DNA of 64,000 nt from Psammoneis japonica (lineage: Eukaryota), in NCBI GenBank assembly GCA_008632985.1, contig QPGO01000136.1, positions 124,001-188,000 on the forward strand, written 5' to 3'. How positions within the stretch are numbered: position 1 is the stretch's first letter; every line of letters begins with the position of its first letter. The notes beneath the pieces are model-generated. The model worked only from the letters and a program-made list of their open reading frames with translations, was not told where the DNA came from and did no database searches. The translations under genes were made by a program, and so were the position numbers. Below, in pieces: positions 33,752 through 46,965 of the stretch.

Positions 33752-35005
33752 CTATAGGTTCAAAACCAGGCCATCGTGGGCCAATTGTACGCTGACACCG
33801 TCCATCTTGGCCAGATTCTTGTTCATCTTGTCGTGAGGCAAAAACGAATCACAGCTCATCCCCACCAGATAGGTTTGTTTTCGCGGTTGAATGGTGTTTG
33901 CCAGTTCAATGGCCTGCTTCATGCTGAAATGCACGCGTGTTCCTTGTGTTCCAGCAAGCAGTCCACCACCAAAATGTCGGTCGGGGGTAATTTGGTTTGA
34001 ATGTACTCGAGTGTTTCCGGTATCATGCGTGAAATATCCGACAAGTAAACAACATTGGTGCGGTCTCCCTGTACATTTGTCACGGTAAAGGCGTATCCCA
34101 AGCAAATCAAATCGTCCCCGTGCCAGACAGGGAGCGGTATCATTTCCAATCCAGCAACGTCAAAGGGTACGTAGGGTTCAATGATGTGCACATCAAAGGC
34201 AGATACGTCTCGTTTGACGACTGGCTTTTTCTTTATGGGTGGTGGCGTTGGTTTCGGAAAGAGCCACGGGAATTGGTTAGACACGTCCTGGAACGTTAGC
34301 TGAGAAAGATAGACTGGCGTGGCGACTCGTTTGATTTCAATTTCCTTCTTTCCATGCAGTCCACTGTGTTTTCGGGTTTTGATACCTACAATGGATTGAA
34401 AGCCTCGAATGTCGTCCAATCCAGCAACCGCGTCCTGTGTTGTAGACGGGATGAGCAGTATAGCATGGCTTAGAGAGAACCTGCAGTCGTTGACATTACA
34501 GTATTTAACAAATCAAACGCTCCAAGTACTTACCATGTGTTGATGGGTCAACACAATTCCGTCCAGACTGGATATACCGTGAGTTGGAAACCATCGCAGT
34601 GCTCCTTCGCGAAAGGTCTTTCCAACATCAATCACGATATTCTTGCATTCACCATTGACGTAATGAGAAATGAGCAAGGACGGATTGTTTCTGTAATCCT
34701 TGTTTTGTTTTGGATCACCTTCAATCGCCAGATTGCTAACGTGACAAAAGGGTGTCCAGTGTTCTCGTGCCTCATCCAATGCACGATTCGCTTTTGCTTC
34801 TTGATGAAACAACAAACTGCAAATGGGTCTCGGGCATCCGGTCGAAGAGCCGGTTCCCAGAAACAGTAGCTTTGGTTGTTTCTGACCAGAAGCGTCATAA
34901 GCACTGGACTGTTCACAGTCAGATCGCGACAACCCTGTAAAAGAGCCACTCAGCATAGCAGTAGCTGCAGCAGCAGCAACATGCCGCTGAATCACACGGT
35001 TCATG
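33752..35005 (-). CDS. PhnP-like metallo-beta-lactamase-fold hydrolase; intron about 34533-34437, frameshift near 33920
   Basis: LLFLGTGSSTGCP, RNNPSLLI, IVIDVGKTFRE, LTHQHM|DAVAGLDDIR, LPVWHG, YLSDIS, LAHDGL. Confidence 0.9.
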
Positions 35006-35739
35006 GCAGAAAAATATGCGAAATTTGTGTGACGAGCAATGCGTAGGAGCAATCAATCTTCAGCTAGCTAGATTAGTGTAGCTCGTAGAAGTAGCTAAAC
35101 GCACGATTGGAGCACTTCTCGGAGGATCAGGGGTCAGGGGTTGATGCGTTGCTTTTATCATCGTCCTTCGTCGCTCGCCGCTCATGTCTCGTGTCTCGTC
35201 GGAGGCCGTTGCGCGTGTTGCGCGCGGTCAGCGGCGGTTGGAGTGGGCAACGCAGAGGCCACACGCGAAAGAGAAACAACATGTCAGAGTTGTGTGGCCG
35301 GAGGTGTGTTCCCAAGCATTTTTCAAACTGGCTCTAAGAGGGCCCAACTAGCTACAGTAGAAGTAGCACGGCAAGTGGATTTTGATTAACAGCGTTTGAA
35401 ACACAGTTTCTGGATGCATGCAGACAGTGCAGAGAGGGCCAGCTCTGAAGGTGCGAGATGATGGCGCGCACCAACACTGCTGCAATGTTTCTTTTGGCAT
35501 GTGCCCTTGGCACAGAGCAAGATGGCACCCCCAAGGGAAGCAAGCCAGTGAAACAATTTGAGTGCTGTTGTGTTGTTCTGGCTGAGGCAACAAAAAGCTT
35601 CAAAGAGACTCACTCAATCAGCCAGAAACAACAACCGCGTCCCCCAAATCTTGTGCTCTCACACACCGCACAGTTCTGGAATGAACAGCTTTCTCTTTCT
35701 GGGCACACAAAACTCATTTGAGTTGGTCTTGCAGAGCAG

Positions 35740-36200
35740 TTGCCTCCATTTTGTGAGCAGTGCCAAAAGTTGTCATGATGGACCCATGTGTGGCCGATGT
35801 TTTTCCAGCAAAAAAAATGATTTCCTGCTGTCCCAGCAGCCAATCTTTGTGGGCAGGGCCAAAATGTCTTTCCCCCCAGCCAGTGCTTCAAAAGGAGTGG
35901 GACATGCAGGCAAACATGAGGTGCTGCCATCTGGAAAAATCAAATGCTTCTTTGAAGGTTCTGGCATGTTTTCTCCAAACCTGATTGCTTTTTAATTTCT
36001 TCAGTGTGGTGGTCACCTCCCTCACCCAAGAGAAAAGAGCAAACTTGCCCCCACCTCCAATCCAGAGATCATTGAAAACATGGCCCACTTGCTGGATCTC
36101 ATCTTTCCCCCACAAGGCTGCCAGCTTGTCATGGTCACTTTGTTGAAATGAGCTTTGTCCCAGCACAATGTGCGCCCATTCACAACACCAAAGCCAGCTG
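35740..36200 (-). pseudogene. Decayed partial paralog of the neighbouring flavin amine oxidase gene (C-terminal part)
   Basis: Aligns with about 39730-40250, e.g. tttgtcccagcacaatgtgcgcccattcacaacaccaaagcc versus tttgtcccagtagaatatgcacttgttcagaacgccaaagcc. The translation keeps AGFGVVN and FNDLWIGGGGKFALFSWV. Confidence 0.85.
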
Positions 36201-39200
36201 TGTTGAGCCACAGCAATCAACAGCACATTGCATCTTGTGAGCTGACACATGGGAGAATCAACATGTGAGAGTGTGATGGGCCAATTGTTGACTTTTTTGG
36301 CTGAAAAGCAATGGGCAAACAATTGAGTGTTTCAGCTGTTTTTCTGCAATCAAATGATTTCACAAAGCACAGCAAGGCATGGTGGGTGGAACAACACTTC
36401 TCTGCAGATTCCCTTTTCCATCATTGCAAGGCCACTTTTGCAGGATTGGGAGGAAGCACACTCCAAGCAGTGCATCTTCCCTGCTTGGCAGTGATTTGTT
36501 GGTGCCGTGATGCTGAACTAAAAAGCACTGGTCCATCCCAGACATTCGAGCTGCAGAAGTGTTTGGGAGAGCGCAAATCCACCAGTGATGTGGTGTCAAA
36601 GTCTTTGCAAGCCATTCTTTTGTTGGGCAGTGCCAGCCAATGCAACTGGCACATTGCTGTTGCAGGGTTGAATCAACAGTGCAGTCATCTTGACATCATG
36701 GAAAACAAGAGTGTGGCTTGAACAGAGTGATGCAAGAGAAGAAAGCTGCTTTCTAAAGCTGCAGCACATTGATCACATTGTTGTGATCTCAAGACAACAG
36801 GTGGATTTGTTGTGAATGTCTTGGTGCTTGCCAGAGAGATGTCAACAAATGAAAAGATTTCATTGAAGCTGCACAATGTCAGCCAACAAGCACTGTCATG
36901 ATGGAGATGCAAAATTGCTGACAAAATTTGCCAATGCACTTGTGGCTGTGTGGTGCATCAGAGTGCGCATTCCAGTGATCGAGACCTGCTTTCTCCTGGT
37001 GATTTTTTCCCAATCATTGTGTGAACAATTGACCTGTGAAACCTTGCCAGTTGTGCACCTGGCAACAATTTTTCAAATGTCAATGACAAAAATCTTTTTC
37101 CTGTGAAGCCCCGCTGTTCACTGTCAGAAGAAAACATTTCGCTGTGAAACAGCAACACACGGTTTCCCTGTGAGAACGCCTCCTGTGCCCTCTTTTCCTG
37201 CAGAACTTGACAATTGGCAGTGAATGGATTTTTCCTGTGTTTGGCAGAGATTCCAGGAGTTGAGTGCAATTTACACAGCGCATTTGACTCAATGTTTGTC
37301 AATGAACAAACAATTTCAGCTGTGCTGGGTCATGAAGTTTGTCAAGGAACACTGCTGCACTGCTTTGCTGCTGGCATTTCTTCCACCCACTGTGCCATGC
37401 TTTGGACCATTGCCAGATCTGCATTGCTTCTTGATCATCCTCATCCTTGTGCCCATCACTGTCTTCTTTTTCCTCTTCTTTGTCGTTGTTCTGCCACTCC
37501 ATTTTCTCTTCCTCGTCTTCCTTGTCATTGCTGGAAAGTTCTGTTGTTGCTTGTGTTCTTGTTCCTGATTCTGATGGTTCACTCACACTCTTCTCACAGA
37601 TTCCCTTGGCATTGTCTTCTGTCAACACAACTGCAGTGAACAAGCATTGTGTCAGCCGTGCCACAATCAACACCTTCTTGTTGTTGCTTCCTGCAGCGTT
37701 CACCTCTCAATGCATTCTTCCATGTTGTCTGGGCAACGGTGTGTTCCTCTTCATGTTGATGCATTGAAGATGCACGTTTTTGCCCAGGCTTTCGACAATT
37801 CTGCCCTCACCCACAAATGCGAGTCAAGTGCCTTCAGGCAGGTGGTGCCCTTTCTGCTGTGCTCTTGTTGGGCACATGTTTTCACTGCAAAAATGCTGAC
37901 ATCTCTGGCACCCTGCTTGCCACAGTGTGTTGTGCATGGGCAGCAGGTGACATGGCACTTTGGCATGCCCACATTGACCCCAAACACCATCTGTCTCTTG
38001 GGCTGCTGGCAATTTAATGAGATGCTGCACTGCCTTGTTGGTCTTCAGGAAGAGCCAGACATGCGACACTTTGCACACAACATGCTTCCTCACAGCAACT
38101 TTTGGCTCAACTCTGATGTCTTGTTTGCTCCATCTAACCCTGAGGTTGACTGGCTCATCCTTGCCACAGCTCCCCAGCCCCCTCTCCATTCCCAATGTTG
38201 TCAAGAGCTTTTGTGCACTGTGCACATGAGTGGCATGGCAGCCATGTCACACCACCTTGGGAATGGGAGAGATGGTTGGCACTGACACTGCAGTGAACCT
38301 CCACCACTCCAAATGTCAGTCTGCTTTTCTTGCTGCTGCTGCACCAGAGGATTGCTGCAAGAGGATGAACGTGCAAAGTGCTGATGGCACAGCCACTGGC
38401 ATCACATGAAGATGACAAGGGAGATTTCTCATGACCCATTGTGTGTGAGCCATCTTTCCCCCAAATCAAATGTGAGTGCACCCACTGAGAACAAGTGGCT
38501 GTTTTGTGTTTCATCAGCTGCTTTTGTTTGTCATCATGATGAAAAGTCAGTGGCAAGCCTGAGAGACAGCCTGATGACTCCCACCTCTCATCCTGCCCCA
38601 ACTGGCCATGCTGCGCCAGCTTGGGAGTGGCAGATGGTCAGCACCAGTGCTGGCAAACCTCTCCCAGCCCAGTTGTTGCCCTCCTGCTGCTGCGTCAGAT
38701 CACTGCAAAAGGATGAATGGGAATCAAAATGATGGCAGTCTCATCAGGCAAATGTCACACTCCAGATTCAGGCCAGAGGCAAATTCTTCTGCCTGAAAGA
38801 GAGAATGAGAACAAGGCTCATTTTCAGCTCTCTTTTTGCACCATTGTTGCCCTTTCTGCCACCAGTGCTGGGATTTGCCAGCACTCCCTTTGTGCAAATT
38901 GGAGCTGAGAACAGAAAACAAAAAATCTGGCTTCACCACAAGCCAGGCAGGAGCACGTGTGCACAGTCAAAATTCTGCATGGTGGCTGTGTGAGAGAAAG
39001 ATTGTTGGCAACACAACCTCTGCTTGGTCAGTGTGTGAAAAACTTGTTCCTCTCTCCCCAACATGTTTTTCTCTGCACATGCACAGAGAGCACCTGTTTG
39101 CATGTTCTTGCAACAAGTGAGAAAAAAGATTTTTTTAACAAAAGTCTCTTGTGGAAGAAAAAAGCTTGCAACACAACAACAGCCACCATGGTGATGAGTT

Positions 39201-39368
39201 CTTAAGTTTGCACAAGTTTGTTCAGTGCGTGTGTTTGTGTGTTGCACTTCTCCCCCAAATGATGCTCAATTGTTGCTGAGTTCGCAGGTGCCCCCGCTTG
39301 GTGCACAGTGCTCTCATTCCCTGCCTGGCAGGGGCTGCACTGCATCAAGAAGAGAGCTGAAAAGACAG

Positions 39369-39369
<1 letters not shown>

Positions 39370-39417
<48 letters not shown>
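39370..39417. repeat. (TG)24 microsatellite
   Basis: Perfect TG run. Confidence 0.95.
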
Positions 39418-39418
<1 letters not shown>

Positions 39419-39685
39419 AATGCAGGCACCACAGATCACATTGGAACATGTTCTGGTGAAACACTTGCTGAGGGGGGCGAGCAGAGTCAGTCACTGTCAG
39501 TTGTGTGCTCCTTGGAGCAAAGGGGGAAATGGCACTAGTGGGTTGTGTCAGCCATTTGAGGTGTTCTGTTACATTTAGGCTTTAGCACTTTTCACGATGC
39601 AATGAGGCGATTGGATAAGAAGGCAGGCAAGACATCCATGTGAGATTTAGGAGACATCTCTCTCCTGCCGCATTTGCTTTGGCCT

Positions 39686-41377
39686 CTAGTGAACATCTGC
39701 CTTCGCAAGACTTTTTTTAATCCTCCATGCAGCCTTGACACCAGTCTTATGTGCTCCAAATGTTGTTCCATAATCATTCTTGTTGGACGCTTCCCCAGCC
39801 CAAAACAAACGCTTTCCCACAGTCCTAGCCAAGTCTTCACGGGAAGGGTCAACGGCTTTCCTTCCACCGACGCTGATAAAGGAGTAGGATCCTCGGGCAA
39901 ACTCATCGTGCCCCATCTAGAAATCAAGTACTTTGAAGGGTTTGGCACATTTTCTCCAAACATGGCGCGAAGATTTCCCAGAACTTGCTTCACAATTTCT
40001 CTATCTGATTGATTTTCAATTTCTTCGGCGTGGTCACCTCCCACCCAAGATGAAAGAACAAACTCGCCGCCGTTGCCAATCCCTAGATCATTGAAAAATG
40101 TGGTCCACTTGCCAGATGTAGCATCTTGATCTGTAACCACGTCATGACATCTTTCCCACGAGGCCACCAACTCATCATGGTCGCTTCAGTAAATTGAGTT
40201 TTGTCCCAGTAGAATATGCACTTGTTCAGAACGCCAAAGCCAACTGAATCGATTGCGTGCTGCTTCCATTCTGGTAGAGTTGGTACAAACTCAATAGATC
40301 TGGCTTTAAGAACCCCCAAGGGCACCGTTACGAGGACTTTCTCAGCTAGCTTAGTATGCTTCGTGTTATCTGTCGCGTCAACATAGGTTACCCTTGCAGG
40401 CTTATCGTCGTGGTATTCAATCTTTGTGACGATATGTTCCAACCGAATCTTGTCCTTGAGTGGACCAGCCAAATGTGCCAGAGCCTTGTCGAACCCACCT
40501 CCTTTTACTGGGGTGTAATATATGGCACCGCAAAAGACACAGTCATCAGCTTTGTTGCCAGCGTAGCGGGCAGAAAGCTCGTCAAACGAAGCCGCGTACT
40601 CCACTCGAAATTGCGCATCAACCATCGTCTGCACGAATTGCCGAGACTTCGAGTTGTTAGCATAGTTATGTGCCTTGAAGAAGTCATTAACTATTGTTTG
40701 AAACGGATAGTCTTGCTCTTCTGAATCACTGTGTATTTTTCATACTGCTCATCGGCAAATTTGACAAATTCGTCCCACCACACTTTGTCAATCAATCGCT
40801 TGCGCTCTTCACCCTTGATTTCTCCTGATACCTGCTTGTCAGATGCTCCCTGAAAGTATCCAGACTGGTACAATCCAAAAGTCTTGTACAGATCGTACTT
40901 GACTTCTCCAAACGGGATGTCATTCTCCTCCAGAATTTCATGAACAAACGTTTCTCATACGTAAAGGCGCTGCCCATTTCCACAGCAAGGTCCTCGGTGA
41001 ATGGGTACACAGTCCTGCTCCGGCCACCGACATAGTCTCGAGCTTCGAGAATCTCAATGTTCTCACGCCTTCTTCCGCCAACGTTGTAGCAGCCCCAAGT
41101 CCCGACCAGCCGCTTCCAACGATGAGAACATCGTAGACATGAGAATGCGCTCTGGCTTTTGTGTCGTCGCAGTGTCATGAGAAGATGCGACGGGATCATA
41201 TCTGACAGTTAGAGCCTCTTCCATCGAAGCACGTAAAGCGCCTTTTTCCTCCGTCCTGAATAAAGAGCATGGTAGAAAAGCGACGCAACACAAAATGTGA
41301 AGCAAGAGTAAAACTACGATGCCCCTTCTTTGGCAAACACTGGAAAGGGAATGCTTTTTCTTTCTCCGAATTTTCAT
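39686..41377 (-). CDS. Flavin-containing amine oxidase (polyamine oxidase/LSD-like family) with an N-terminal anchor; several frameshifts (possibly a pseudogene)
   Basis: ILEARDYVGGRSRT, EMGSAF, GGFDKALAHLA, VLVTVPLGVLK, FVPTLPEWKQHAI, GFGVLNK, SRWG, FARGSYSF, LFWAGEA, YGTTFGAHKTG. Confidence 0.85.
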
Positions 41378-43562
41378 TGTCAGCAGGTGAAGAGAAGAGC
41401 TACTTCTGTCGTCTGCTCGCGTTATTGAGTGACTTCTCACGGCTCATCTATCTGGCCTCTGACCTCTCCTGGCCGCCATTTTTTTTGTAGCGTAAAGAAG
41501 GAAAATCTTCCCACGTTTGAAATTTGGAATTTGACATACAGCTATGTTTACATTAATGACAGAATATTGACATTATTTATATAAATTTATATACTCGTAC
41601 ATGTGAGAATCAAAAATTGGCATGATCGAAAAATTCGGCGCCAACGCGCGTACTGTACGGTAGGTAATACTTCTACCGGTAGCCGCACACGGTACGGTGC
41701 TGTAGCCTCTGGCAGCTACTGCCGTACTCTCTCTAGCTAGCTAGCTCTACTCTAGAGTCCATGTGGAGCGCATTGGGGCCATCCACCGGCGCGTTGTGCT
41801 CTGATCATCGATTTTGATGCTCTCCTCAGGGATGGCCTAAATCAAGAAAACATCTGGTGCAGAATGACAAGTGGGAGCAAGACCCAAAGGGGCTGCCCCA
41901 CAGTTGTCGTGTGTGCTCCTCTCTCACCAAAAGAGAGCCCTCCTCCGCACAAGCTCGCTCTGCTGCCACTCTTTGCACACAGAGCTGGCACAAATTTGAG
42001 CATCATGTCTTTTCAGTTTTCAGCCAACAACCGGCATTTTGAACTTTGTTCAAAGTCAAAGATGCGTGCATCATGTCTTGCAGCATTTGTGCAGAGAACA
42101 AAAAAATCAAAATGACGAACAGCTGGCCAGCGCCAGGAGAGCAGGAGCAAGAGAGCTTTTTTGTGGGCACCAACTTTTTGCATGGCCAATGCCCCCTCCC
42201 AGCAGCTCCAAGTGCTGGGACCTTGTGCTGCTGGAGACTGCAGTGTTGATGTCTTTTTACACACACGTGCACATTTCCACACAACCTTGCATTTTGTGTC
42301 ATTTTGCAGTGCAGTTGTTGGGCGTGATCCGTTCAACAGCTTGCCGCATTTCTGTTTTTTTTTTTCATGCTAAAAAAGCAATTCTTGATGTCCACAGAGT
42401 GCTTTTGCAGAGTGCTGCACTGGCACAGGTGGATTTTTAAAAATTCTGAGCATGAAGAGGAGGTGCACAGCTGCACTGCAAACTTGGTTGCTCATTTGGG
42501 TGTTGAAGACAAACATGCACCAACTGCCTGGCATGCAAGTTGCAGAGCTTCTTTGCAAGATTCTCTGCTGGTCCAATTCACATGGAGCCCTTCCCATGGC
42601 TGGAGCACATCTGATGCAAGCCAGCTCCTTGCTCTGTCACTCAAAACAATTTGAGAGTAAAAAACAGCCAGACTGTGAGCGGGGTTGAAGGCTCTGACAG
42701 AAACCAGCACAAGGTCAAGAACAAAGAAGGCTAGAAACAAGAGCAAGGGTGAGAACAAGAGCATCAGTTGTGAGGAAGACTGCACATTCCTTTTTTTGTT
42801 GTTCATGTGGCAGTTTTCATCATGTCAGCAAAAGTGGCAAATGTAAAACCAGCTTGTTCTGACAAATGAGGGTTGATCAAATGGCGCAATCTGGGGGTGC
42901 AGTGCTGCTCCGGGGGGGGGGAGCTGGCGATTTTAAAAAGCCAGATCCAACAAACACACTGTGCCCTGTCTTTGCTCCAACAAAGCAAGTGACAAAATGC
43001 ACTTGATGAGAAAATCACTTTGGTGCAGCAGAAAAGCATCTCACCCAGCAAAATTTTCTCAGAGCAGCTCTCTGAGCATCACTTGTCAATGAAGCGAGGA
43101 TGTTTTTGAACACAACCAGTGCCAGCACACAAGAACAATGCCACAAGACAAGAAAAAAAGCAAAATGTGACCAAGGGTTTGGCTCTGTTTGATCTGACAT
43201 GATGGCTTCAGCGGACAAGCTCAAGGGCAGTTTTGCTTGAATTGGCAACATTTCTGTTGGCAGAAATGGAGCCACATGATGACCAATCCTTTGCCTGTGT
43301 TTGCACCAGACAAATTGAAAGTGGAGAGAGTGGATGCGCAATGTCTCATGGGCATTCATGTCTTGTAGAAAGGGACCAGTGCTCGGCAATGGTGGGGTCA
43401 TGTACACTTAATAACAAGGTTTTTGTCGAGACTTCCACTTGCTCTACTTCCAGTCCAGCGAAAGTATAACGTGATAGGTTTATGGTATAAAGAGGTGTCC
43501 TACTGGAATAAACAGAGAATTACCAGTTCAAAGAATTGTGGCACGAGAGGGCAAATCGCTGT

Positions 43563-45142
43563 CTATGTCTCTTCACTCGCTCGGAGAAGCATCTGTTTCT
43601 TCACGGGGTATCGATCACTTTCAATCAGCGTCATTCGGTGACAGTGTTGTTCTTGCTCGGGGTTGACACAAGGCATGTTGACATAACGTGGTGTCTGAAT
43701 AGGAGCGCTTGGAGAAGACCGACTCTTGACAAGAGATCTTGCCGACTTTTTGATGGCCTTGACGGCACTGTTCCTAATCTTGCTCTTCTCGTTCGTCTCT
43801 TCTTGCAAATGAAGCTCTGAATGCGACCAATATCGGGACAGACAGTCCCCGTCACCTCCTGTTTCATCAAAGGGCTCGTCCAACAAGGCAAGAGCGACGG
43901 CCTGCATGCATTCCGAAATGACGCGCAGATTGTATCCACCCTCTAGAGCCACAACGACTGGAACGTCAGTCCCCGCCTCATCCATGACACTCTCCATCAT
44001 GGCATGGTACATGTGCGGGGACAAGCCACAGTCACCCAACAAATCACCCTTGGCTGCATCAAGACCACAGGCTATAATGATGAGATCAGGCTCAAAGGAG
44101 GACAGCACGGGCAAGACGAGCTCCTTGAAGGCGCCGCGTATTCGGCATTGCCCATGCCATGTCGTTCCCAGGCAATGTTGAGGTTGGTACCCACGCCAAG
44201 AGCTTGGCCGGTTTCATAGTAATGTCCAGTGCCAGGGTAAAAGGTGCCACCCTTGTGGTCGTGGCGGTGGATCGAAAGGTAAAATATGTTGGGATTATCC
44301 GCGGTAAGGTCTTGAATGCCATTTCCGTGCTGCAACAGCGTAGTGCGTAGGACGATAAGAGAGCTAGTGTGAGTTTTGCCTTACAACGTGGAAGAGCCAT
44401 AATGGCAACAAAATCAAACTGCTACTAGCTAGACCAAAGCAAAAGCATACACGTCGACTCACGTGAATATCCCAATCCAAGATAAAGACGCGTTTGGCTC
44501 GTCCCGTGTGGATTGCGTGTTTGGCTGCAATCGCAATGTTGTTGAAGTAGCAAAAGCCTGAAAAAACAAACGAAATGGAGGAATGAGAACTCAAACGACG
44601 AAAACAAGAAGTCCAGACTGTGTGTCAAACACGACACGTTCTTACCCATCGGACTATCTTTCAGCGCGTGATGTCCCGGTGGTCGGACAATTGCAATGGC
44701 TCGAGTAGCTCCTCCTCCGTTGGTTACAGCATCCACACACTGCACAACACCTCCACGCAAGACAAGCCGCCAAAAAGGTGTCTCGAGCAAAGTACAAGTC
44801 GTTCTCGACTTCCAAATCTCGTAGCTGCTGATCATTCAACCAACTCGTGGCTCGCATCCTCTGATAGTGATCACTGGAATGAGCCAGACAAATTGTATTC
44901 TTACACGCGGGTATGCATGGTAAATGCACAAAGCGTTGTTGACGCAAGAGATACTCCAATCTGTAGAGAGCATTGTAAATGGCAAAAATACGAGCGGGTC
45001 GTTCCGCCACAAAATCGTCGGGGTGTAATTGCATATGCTCCGTGTCTTGTTCATACAAACGTTCCAACTGGAGAGCAGGACTACCCACCGGAGCATGAAG
45101 AGCCATGCGCTCATCAAAGGCAACATAGACGGGTGAAGACAT
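43563..45142 (-). CDS. Class II histone deacetylase; introns and apparent frameshifts
   Basis: ERPARI, VRPPGHHA, GFCYFNNIAIAA, ILDWDIH|HGNGIQ, YLSIHR, FYPGTG, ACGLDAAKGDLLG, ALEGGYNL. Confidence 0.92.
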
Positions 45143-45674
45143 TTTATTGTTGTTGTTGTCAATTATCAAAAACTATGAGAAATAGAGGAAAAACTGCGAC
45201 ATCACGGCTAGCCAATTCGTGAATGGCCTGATGGGCTTCGCGTTTCTCCGCATGGAACTCGCTGGAAGGCTGTTCAATGCGAACCATGTATCGTAGAGTC
45301 ATCCTATGCAGACCCGTCGCTCATTACACGACCATAGTGCAGTTCATAGACTGGATTCATCAGTAATGTGCTTTGGTTTTGCTATTGGTGGCGAAGAACA
45401 GCAACGGAGCGGTGACATGCTCATCATCATGGTTGTTCGGTTCTGCCGCGCGATCTTTGCGCTCTGGGCTTGTGTGCTGGACAAAAGACATGCGCGCGCG
45501 CGCACTCGCGAGAAATGAGCTGATGAAGCACAAAAGACTGTTCGCAATAAATTTCGAAATTAAATATTATTTATGCAAGGCTGATTATAATTCATTGAGC
45601 ACGTCGGAGGGAATTGTCGCGTCGATGACGCGATGGCAAACACGAACCCAAACACAAAAAAATCTCGTGTCACC

Positions 45675-46457
45675 ATGTCGTCGTCCGATGACAAGCTTCT
45701 TCCCTCTCTGTCACCATCTGTGGAAGATGATATTGTAATTGGTACATCGAAAATATTGCAATCGCCTCATGTATCTGAAGGACCAGGCAGAGTAGCGAAT
45801 GCTCCCGTTCCCAGTGTTTATTGCGATGAGTAAGTGCTATTCATGTTGAATTTTGCTGCAAAACGTGTGGAGTATGTACAAATAATTCATCATGAAATTC
45901 CCAGACTATGTTGCGAATAACGTTTCCGTGTGATGCTTACACTATTGTCTTGTTGATTTTACAGTCGCGGTGAGATTCATCGATTGCGTGTAGGTGGCAA
46001 ACGCCTCAATTTGCTCTTTTCGAAAAAAGACACGATGCGATCCGGCTACCTCCACCCCAACAACTTTCACGATTTTGTCGTCAGTGGCAAGGTAGAAGTA
46101 TGGACCCTGACGACCGACAATACGCAAAAGGACATTCACGGTCCCGGCGATCACGTTTGTATCCGACCCTTTACGCCACACATTTTGCACTTTTTGGAAG
46201 ACACCGTCTTGATGGAGTGGTGGGAACCGGGTCCCTTTCAATGTTGGTATTATCATCCGTATAGACGCATTGTGGATGTGCAAAACTCTCTCGTGTCGAG
46301 CACGACGGGTATTTTTCAGAAACTCGTCCCTCAAGATGATTCCGTGGTGGGAGCGTCCAGCCGGGCGGCTTCCATGCTGCGAGGATTCTTTTGGCTGTCC
46401 ACGGGTCTTGTTTGTGGGATTGCGCTTGGTACAAAAATGAGCAGCAAACGTCGATGA
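45675..46457 (+). CDS. Cupin-fold protein with a C-terminal TM helix; intron about 45830-45964
   Basis: RSGYLH...FVVSGKVEV...GPGDHVCIRPFTPHILHFLEDT. Hydrophobic GFFWLSTGLVCGIALG. Confidence 0.65.
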
Positions 46458-46965
46458 TTGCACTATGAAAAGCAAGAATCAGGATTTTGAAGTTTCAACA
46501 AATGGGATAAGCCATTTCTTTTTGACCCACTGTTCCAAGCCATATCGTGGGATTTTGTTTCTGTTGCAGCATAAAGCCATTTAATATCTTAGCACAAGTT
46601 TCTGCTCTTAATGAAATGTGAATGTAATCTCTTATGCGCTTTTGTGGCTTTTGTCTTGGACTTTAGCGTCGCGATAGATGCCTAGAGACTAGAGTAGAGA
46701 GTAGAGACATAGTAGCGAGCTCACCGCCAATGTCAGAATTTTGCCGTCACGCGAAGTCTTCGGTTCCTCGGTTTTTCGAAAATCTGAAATCACAACCCGG
46801 ATGTGCAGTACTGAACCTCCGTACAACTCTACGGCCCGATTGATTTATCATTTTTTGTTTTTCAGCGTCGCAGCCATCGCAACGTTCGCTGCAAGCACCG
46901 CAAGTTAAGCTCACTCTGTTGTTGATTTGACGCTTCTCATTCGTATCGTTGACCGGAGGCTCGCC

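Noticed and set aside
39370..39417. (TG)24 run as a converted (TA)n tract or a functional Z-DNA element
   Set aside because: A two-strand process should leave mixed TG/CA, and pure TG runs arise readily by slippage. There is no ancestral copy to test against.
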